From: an uncultured virus (IMG/VR IMGVR_UViG_3300013014_000028)
Taxonomy: Duplodnaviria > Heunggongvirae > Uroviricota > Caudoviricetes
IMG/VR virus record: IMGVR_UViG_3300013014_000028
Reading direction: 5' to 3' (one strand)
DNA: 64,000 bases
Shown piece by piece: positions 59,172 through 64,000 of this stretch. A model generated the notes under the pieces. That model ran no database searches. It was not told the origin of the DNA and saw only the letters and a list, made by a program, of their open reading frames with translations. Each line of letters opens with the position of its first letter. The first letter of the stretch is position 1. Position numbers and translations under genes: made by a program.

Positions 59172-62100
59172 ATGAGTCAAAGCTACAGGATAAGAACAGA
59201 GTTAGGGATTAACAAAACAATTAATGTAGAACTCAATCAAGATTTTGAATCTTTAGAGATTTTATCTTTAAAACTTCAACAAACAGATGTTTATGCTCGT
59301 TCTTGTGCAGATTATGGGGTTATTGTCGGAAGAGTTACTGCTAATACTGGATATGGTATTGCAAATACAAAAGTTTCTGTTTTTATACCGGTAACTACTG
59401 AAGATTCAACAAGTGATTTAATATCTCCAATATATCCGTACACACAACCAACAGATAAAAATGAAGATGGGTATCGTTATAATTTATTACCGTATGAAAA
59501 ATCATATAGTAAACACGCATCAACAGGTACGTTTCCAACAAAACAGGATGTACTTACTAACGCAACTGCGATAGAAATATTTGACAAATATTATAGATTT
59601 ACAGTAAAAACAAATGATAGTGGTGATTATATGATAATGGGAGTTCCAACGGGATTTCAAACTCTCGTGATGGATGTTGACTTATCAGATATTGGCGAGT
59701 TTTCATTAACACCGCAAGATTTAATCAGAATGGGATTAGCGACAGAATCGCAAGTTGCTGGTAATCAATTTAAAACTTCTAATGATTTAAATTCTTTACC
59801 ACAAATTATAACATTAAATAAGACGGTAGAAGTACAACCATTATGGGGAGAACCTGAAATATGCCAACTTGCGATTAATCGGGTTGATTTTGATTTAAGA
59901 GATGATGCAAATATTAACATACAACCAACAGCGGTTTTTATTGGTTCCATTTTCTCTAACATAGATAAATACAGAATTAGAAAAAATTGTAGACCGAGAG
60001 ATAATACTGGAGAATTATGTAGTTTACAATCAGGACCTGGTCAAGTGTTGGCATTGAGACAAACTATAAGACAAGACATTGATGGGAATCCTATTTTGGA
60101 ACAGTATCAACTTGAACAATCGGGTAATATAATAGATGAGAATGGAACTTGGTTAACAGAGTTACCGATGAATTTAGATTATATAGTAACTGATGAGTTT
60201 GGAAATAAAGTTATATCAATAGACCCATCAATAGGAATACCAACAAAAGGAAAATATAGATTTAAAATTAAATGGCAACAATCAAAAGATTTAACACTTC
60301 AAACAAGAAGAGCAACATTTTTAGTTCCAAACGTTAGGGAGTATGGTTGGGAAGGAAGTTCTGACCCTTACCTTATAGGAAATAAAACTTCATCCCAATA
60401 TAAAAAACTTAAGAGTTCTTATTATTTTGGTTTAGATTGGTCTGGTTACACAAATGGATTTGGAACCGCAATTAATAGTAAATCTGATATAATCATTAAT
60501 TGTGAAGATTCATTTTATCAGATGGATTACAATAAAGTTTATACTGTTTCAGGTCTAATAGACCAATATAAAAAAGGTAACAGGGCTAGATTTATTGGAA
60601 TCAAAGAAATTGATGACGATAATTGTGCGGATTCAGTTAACAAATTTCCCGCAAACGAAGGATACAGAAATTATGATACAATTTTTTTTATAGTATCACT
60701 ATTCATAACATTCTTTCAATACATTGGACAATTTCTTTTGATTTTAGCTCACGTTATAATTGGTACTATATATCAAATAATAAGATTACTTTCTTTTGGG
60801 GCGGTAAGTGGGGGAATACCTTTGAGGTTGCCAATGATTACTTACCCTGATTGTGAAAATTGTGAATGTAAGGGAGAGACTATAACAACAACACTTATAG
60901 ATGCATCTGGAAAAGGAACGCTAACACCTGTATCAACTCCGTCAAAATACTATCAAAATTTAACAAAATTACTTTATGATTTAAACTATCAACCTGAAGA
61001 GGATATAACGGTTATTGCTGAATTATATTCACAAGCAATGGGGGGCAACATAAGTTCTGGTGTTGATACAGTTTATAAAGTACCTAAGTCGGATGTGATG
61101 AGAGAGGTTTCAGAGAAAAACGACAGAATGTTTGTTTGGGGAATGGACTTACCTTTAGGGGAAAGAATAAACATTTTTAATCAGAGGAGTACGTATTTTA
61201 CCGGAGATAATATAATAAAAGTAAGTTTTGATAATCAAAGTAACCCAAATTCTTTTCATTTTGATAATACAATAACGGTTTTATCAACCGTAGGATACAC
61301 AGCAGGACAACTACTTACTACTGTAAATCCCACAACTACAACTGATGTCAATGTTAAATTTAGTGAGGTTGTAAGCGGACAAACACTTTTTGGTGTTTCA
61401 GGAACTTCAGTTACTGGACCTCAACAGATAACAGTAACTTATGCAGATACAATAAACCAAACAACACAAAGGTCTACTTTATATAGTTTGAGTACAGGTA
61501 CTACAATTAATAGACAAATATTCCCTATGGATAGAGAATATTTTCAAGTTATTAGTGCAATAACAGTGTCTGATTATTTTAAGATGATAGTTTCGTCAAC
61601 AGGGCAAAGTTTTCCAAATATTTTGAATTCACAATCAATTCTTAGATTCATGGAACAGGGTACTTCACAGTACAGAGAAAGAAATATAGGTGTTAATAAC
61701 TTTTTGATTGCAAACTTTTTTGAAGAATTTCAGTCACAGTATGTTTTGATTTTACAAAGAGGTGTGGACCCTTATTCACCATTATTGGATAATAAATATA
61801 ATTTAGGTGTATTATTCGGTTCAGATTATAATAATCCAAATTTTAATTTAACAATTCAATCAAGGGTAAATGTTCCAATTCAACCTAAACAAAATGGACA
61901 AACAATTGGTACACTAACAACACAATCAGGTAATTTTTATCAATCAAAATTTTTTACTATTGGTAATCAATATTTAACATTTACGTCCTCAACAGTCGGA
62001 TATTATGGCGCAATTGATGCGACATATGCACCAAGTATTAGTAGACTTGTTACTAATTTATTTAACGGATTAGTCGGTATTGTTGCAAGGGCTGACTTTT

Positions 62101-63980
62101 ATAGTAGTGTGGAAAGTGTTAAGAAATACGATAATTCGGAAGATTTAACAGGTAATTCTTTTTTATATGGTAATAATACTAATAGTACTTGGCTTACAGT
62201 ATTTTTAGTTTCTGCGGTTTCATATGTTGTAACTGTTGCAGTTATAGCAGCTAGTTTAGCTTCCATACCTTTTACTGGAGGACTTGGTGGTGTAATAGGG
62301 TTTTCTTTACTTAACGGTTTAGTTGGTTTGGGGGTTGCTCCATTTGTTGCGGCGGCTTCAGTTGGTAGGTTAGCATATAACGAATTAAAATACCAATATA
62401 ATTCTCCTAACTTGTATCCCTCTTTAACAGCAACTCCTTTATTGTTCTCAAATAAAAATTTGAATGTTATGAGAACGGATAGACTACCGTCTTCTGATGG
62501 TCTTGATGGGTTATCTTGGAGTGCAAACAACGTTGCGTTACTACAACAGAACATAAATTTTAATTTTTATGAAATAACAAATCCACAAAACTCCATAATA
62601 CCTATAGGATACAATACAGAATCCGACCAAATTGGTGAAGACATTGAGAGCCAAATTTATTCAGGAACGGTATTAACAAGTTTTAATTGTCCGGGAATGG
62701 TTTCATTAGATTGTTATACAGGTTTTAGTAATAGTTTTGGTGTTAGCGTCCAATGTGCTGGAAAAGACCAAGTTGTTAATGGTTGTTATGTTTTGTTTAC
62801 AAGGCCACTACTTGGATTAGTGAAAGATTTACAATATTTTTCTGAATGGGGAACGAGGTATAAATTTTTCTACGCTATGTGTAGGGGAGTACTTTCTCAA
62901 ACTTTTACTAATAATTGGGTAAACGGAACACTATTTGCATTTCCAATTCAAGTAGATACCACGTTCAATTCTCAAAATAAACCAAACAATCCTATATTTT
63001 GTAAAGATGTGGTTTTCTTTGATGAAGATACAAACAATTTTTATTATAGAAGTAGTCCGTGGTCAGGAGTAACTGAAGGTAAATTCATAGGAAAAATTTC
63101 TAATGAGGTCACCGCGGTAAATGCAAAAAATCTTTTGTTTCCAACTACAATAATAGATTTGGGTTATAAAGATGATTTTTATTCAGAAATTACTTTAAAA
63201 CCTGATACAAATGCGTATATCATGAACAACCTGAATCCGACCAGTTATTCGGACCCTTCAGATATTATTAATTTATTTGTTATTTCAAGAATAGTTAACT
63301 CTTCATTTCTCAAGGGAGATTCAATTAGTACACTATTCAGTAGAAACACAATCCAAAGAAATAAAAGAGTTGATGCGGATTTGGCTCAAATGTTATCAAT
63401 TAATTCGGAAGAAGGAGTTATAAAATTCAGCCCAGAATATTATGACAGTAATACAACAAATAGCCCTGTTGGAGTTTTTGGAACATCTAGTAAACCTGTT
63501 ATAGGAATTTTTTATTCATCAACAACCGATAACTTGCAATTCAAAGATTTTATCACACCAGGAAAAATAGACTTTAGGTCTTCACCAACATCTAATTACA
63601 CACCATATACTTACGGTATAAAAAGTCAACTTGTACCATTTTATCCGTGGAAATTAAAAAATGACATTAGTATATTTGGTACCGAAGATAATAATTGGGA
63701 TACAACAGGAATTGTACAATATTACTATCAATCTCTTGATAGAGTAAATCCTCAACAATATTTTACTGGTCAAGGAATCGTTAATGACCTTAATAAAAGA
63801 GGATACATTTTCAATGTAAGTAATGATACGGCTAATAATTTTAGTCAAACTTATAAATCACAAGGTCCTGTTTATAGCTCTAGATTTATTGTTGGAGCAC
63901 CATTTCATTTTTATTTTGGTCTTAATCAAGGTGCAACATCACTTAATAGGTTTAAAACAAAATATTCTATAGATGAATAA
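59172..63980 (+). CDS. Large baseplate-associated structural protein with hydrophobic segments
   Basis: N-terminal prealbumin/carboxypeptidase-regulatory-like GRVTAN.GYGIANTKVSVF and TNDSGDYMIMGVPTG; Cys clusters; two long hydrophobic stretches; follows the gp6-like gene. Confidence 0.65.
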   Translation: MSQSYRIRTELGINKTINVELNQDFESLEILSLKLQQTDVYARSCADYGVIVGRVTANTGYGIANTKVSVFIPVTTEDSTSDLISPIYPYTQPTDKNEDGYRYNLLPYEKSYSKHASTGTFPTKQDVLTNATAIEIFDKYYRFTVKTNDSGDYMIMGVPTGFQTLVMDVDLSDIGEFSLTPQDLIRMGLATESQVAGNQFKTSNDLNSLPQIITLNKTVEVQPLWGEPEICQLAINRVDFDLRDDANINIQPTAVFIGSIFSNIDKYRIRKNCRPRDNTGELCSLQSGPGQVLALRQTIRQDIDGNPILEQYQLEQSGNIIDENGTWLTELPMNLDYIVTDEFGNKVISIDPSIGIPTKGKYRFKIKWQQSKDLTLQTRRATFLVPNVREYGWEGSSDPYLIGNKTSSQYKKLKSSYYFGLDWSGYTNGFGTAINSKSDIIINCEDSFYQMDYNKVYTVSGLIDQYKKGNRARFIGIKEIDDDNCADSVNKFPANEGYRNYDTIFFIVSLFITFFQYIGQFLLILAHVIIGTIYQIIRLLSFGAVSGGIPLRLPMITYPDCENCECKGETITTTLIDASGKGTLTPVSTPSKYYQNLTKLLYDLNYQPEEDITVIAELYSQAMGGNISSGVDTVYKVPKSDVMREVSEKNDRMFVWGMDLPLGERINIFNQRSTYFTGDNIIKVSFDNQSNPNSFHFDNTITVLSTVGYTAGQLLTTVNPTTTTDVNVKFSEVVSGQTLFGVSGTSVTGPQQITVTYADTINQTTQRSTLYSLSTGTTINRQIFPMDREYFQVISAITVSDYFKMIVSSTGQSFPNILNSQSILRFMEQGTSQYRERNIGVNNFLIANFFEEFQSQYVLILQRGVDPYSPLLDNKYNLGVLFGSDYNNPNFNLTIQSRVNVPIQPKQNGQTIGTLTTQSGNFYQSKFFTIGNQYLTFTSSTVGYYGAIDATYAPSISRLVTNLFNGLVGIVARADFYSSVESVKKYDNSEDLTGNSFLYGNNTNSTWLTVFLVSAVSYVVTVAVIAASLASIPFTGGLGGVIGFSLLNGLVGLGVAPFVAAASVGRLAYNELKYQYNSPNLYPSLTATPLLFSNKNLNVMRTDRLPSSDGLDGLSWSANNVALLQQNINFNFYEITNPQNSIIPIGYNTESDQIGEDIESQIYSGTVLTSFNCPGMVSLDCYTGFSNSFGVSVQCAGKDQVVNGCYVLFTRPLLGLVKDLQYFSEWGTRYKFFYAMCRGVLSQTFTNNWVNGTLFAFPIQVDTTFNSQNKPNNPIFCKDVVFFDEDTNNFYYRSSPWSGVTEGKFIGKISNEVTAVNAKNLLFPTTIIDLGYKDDFYSEITLKPDTNAYIMNNLNPTSYSDPSDIINLFVISRIVNSSFLKGDSISTLFSRNTIQRNKRVDADLAQMLSINSEEGVIKFSPEYYDSNTTNSPVGVFGTSSKPVIGIFYSSTTDNLQFKDFITPGKIDFRSSPTSNYTPYTYGIKSQLVPFYPWKLKNDISIFGTEDNNWDTTGIVQYYYQSLDRVNPQQYFTGQGIVNDLNKRGYIFNVSNDTANNFSQTYKSQGPVYSSRFIVGAPFHFYFGLNQGATSLNRFKTKYSIDE

Positions 63981-64000
63981 ATATACTATCAAACCAAGTA
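63973..64000 (+). CDS. Start of the next gene (partial)
   Basis: ATG AAT AAA TAT ACT ATC AAA CCA AGT overlapping the previous stop codon, like other coupled genes here. Confidence 0.45.

Noticed and set aside
1..64000. Eukaryotic giant-virus origin suggested by SET, SNF2, GT60, PolB and the HNH type
   Set aside because: Contractile sheath, tube, gp25/gp6 baseplate, gp32-like SSB, DnaB, intrinsic terminators and Bacteroidota-type promoters indicate a tailed bacteriophage.
1..64000. Stop-codon reassignment, as in some large phages
   Set aside because: Long conserved genes are intact in the standard code, and TAA, TAG and TGA all end genes at sensible positions.
1..64000. tRNA or other ncRNA genes; diversity-generating retroelement
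   Set aside because: Intergenic gaps are short, and I saw no cloverleaf, reverse transcriptase or template/variable repeat pair. tRNAscan and Infernal were not run, so small RNAs cannot be strictly excluded.

Overview
This AT-rich 64 kb window comes from a large T4-like contractile-tailed (jumbo-type) bacteriophage. The host is probably a Bacteroidota bacterium, inferred from TTTG-N19/20-TAnnTTT(G/A) promoters and A-rich leaders lacking Shine-Dalgarno sequences. From left to right it holds: a partial GT4-like glycosyltransferase and five small minus-strand genes (one a stand-alone WYL protein); a 1408-aa mucin-like Thr/Pro-repeat virion protein followed by a nine-gene glycan-modification cluster (GT60-like, exostosin/GT47-like, two GT2 paralogs, a methyltransferase, GT10, GT7-like and two HtrL/YibB-like genes); a family B DNA polymerase; neck, tail terminator, sheath, tube, chaperone, tape-measure and baseplate genes, interspersed with two free-standing endonucleases, an SNF2 helicase and a SET-domain protein; and a replication block (SSB, RecA/UvsX, 5'-3' exonuclease, DnaB, class II RNR) nested among baseplate genes. 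The best candidate for a new system is phage-encoded, mucin-type virion O-glycosylation: a GT60-like initiating enzyme beside a PTVT/TPT-repeat substrate, plus an [ST]-G-x-[ST] motif enriched in structural proteins. Other highlights are a TATTTAT promoter motif implying leaderless mRNAs, a probable +1 frameshift in the tail chaperone, and a -1 split in a giant baseplate gene. All family assignments come from motif recognition by eye; no database searches were run.
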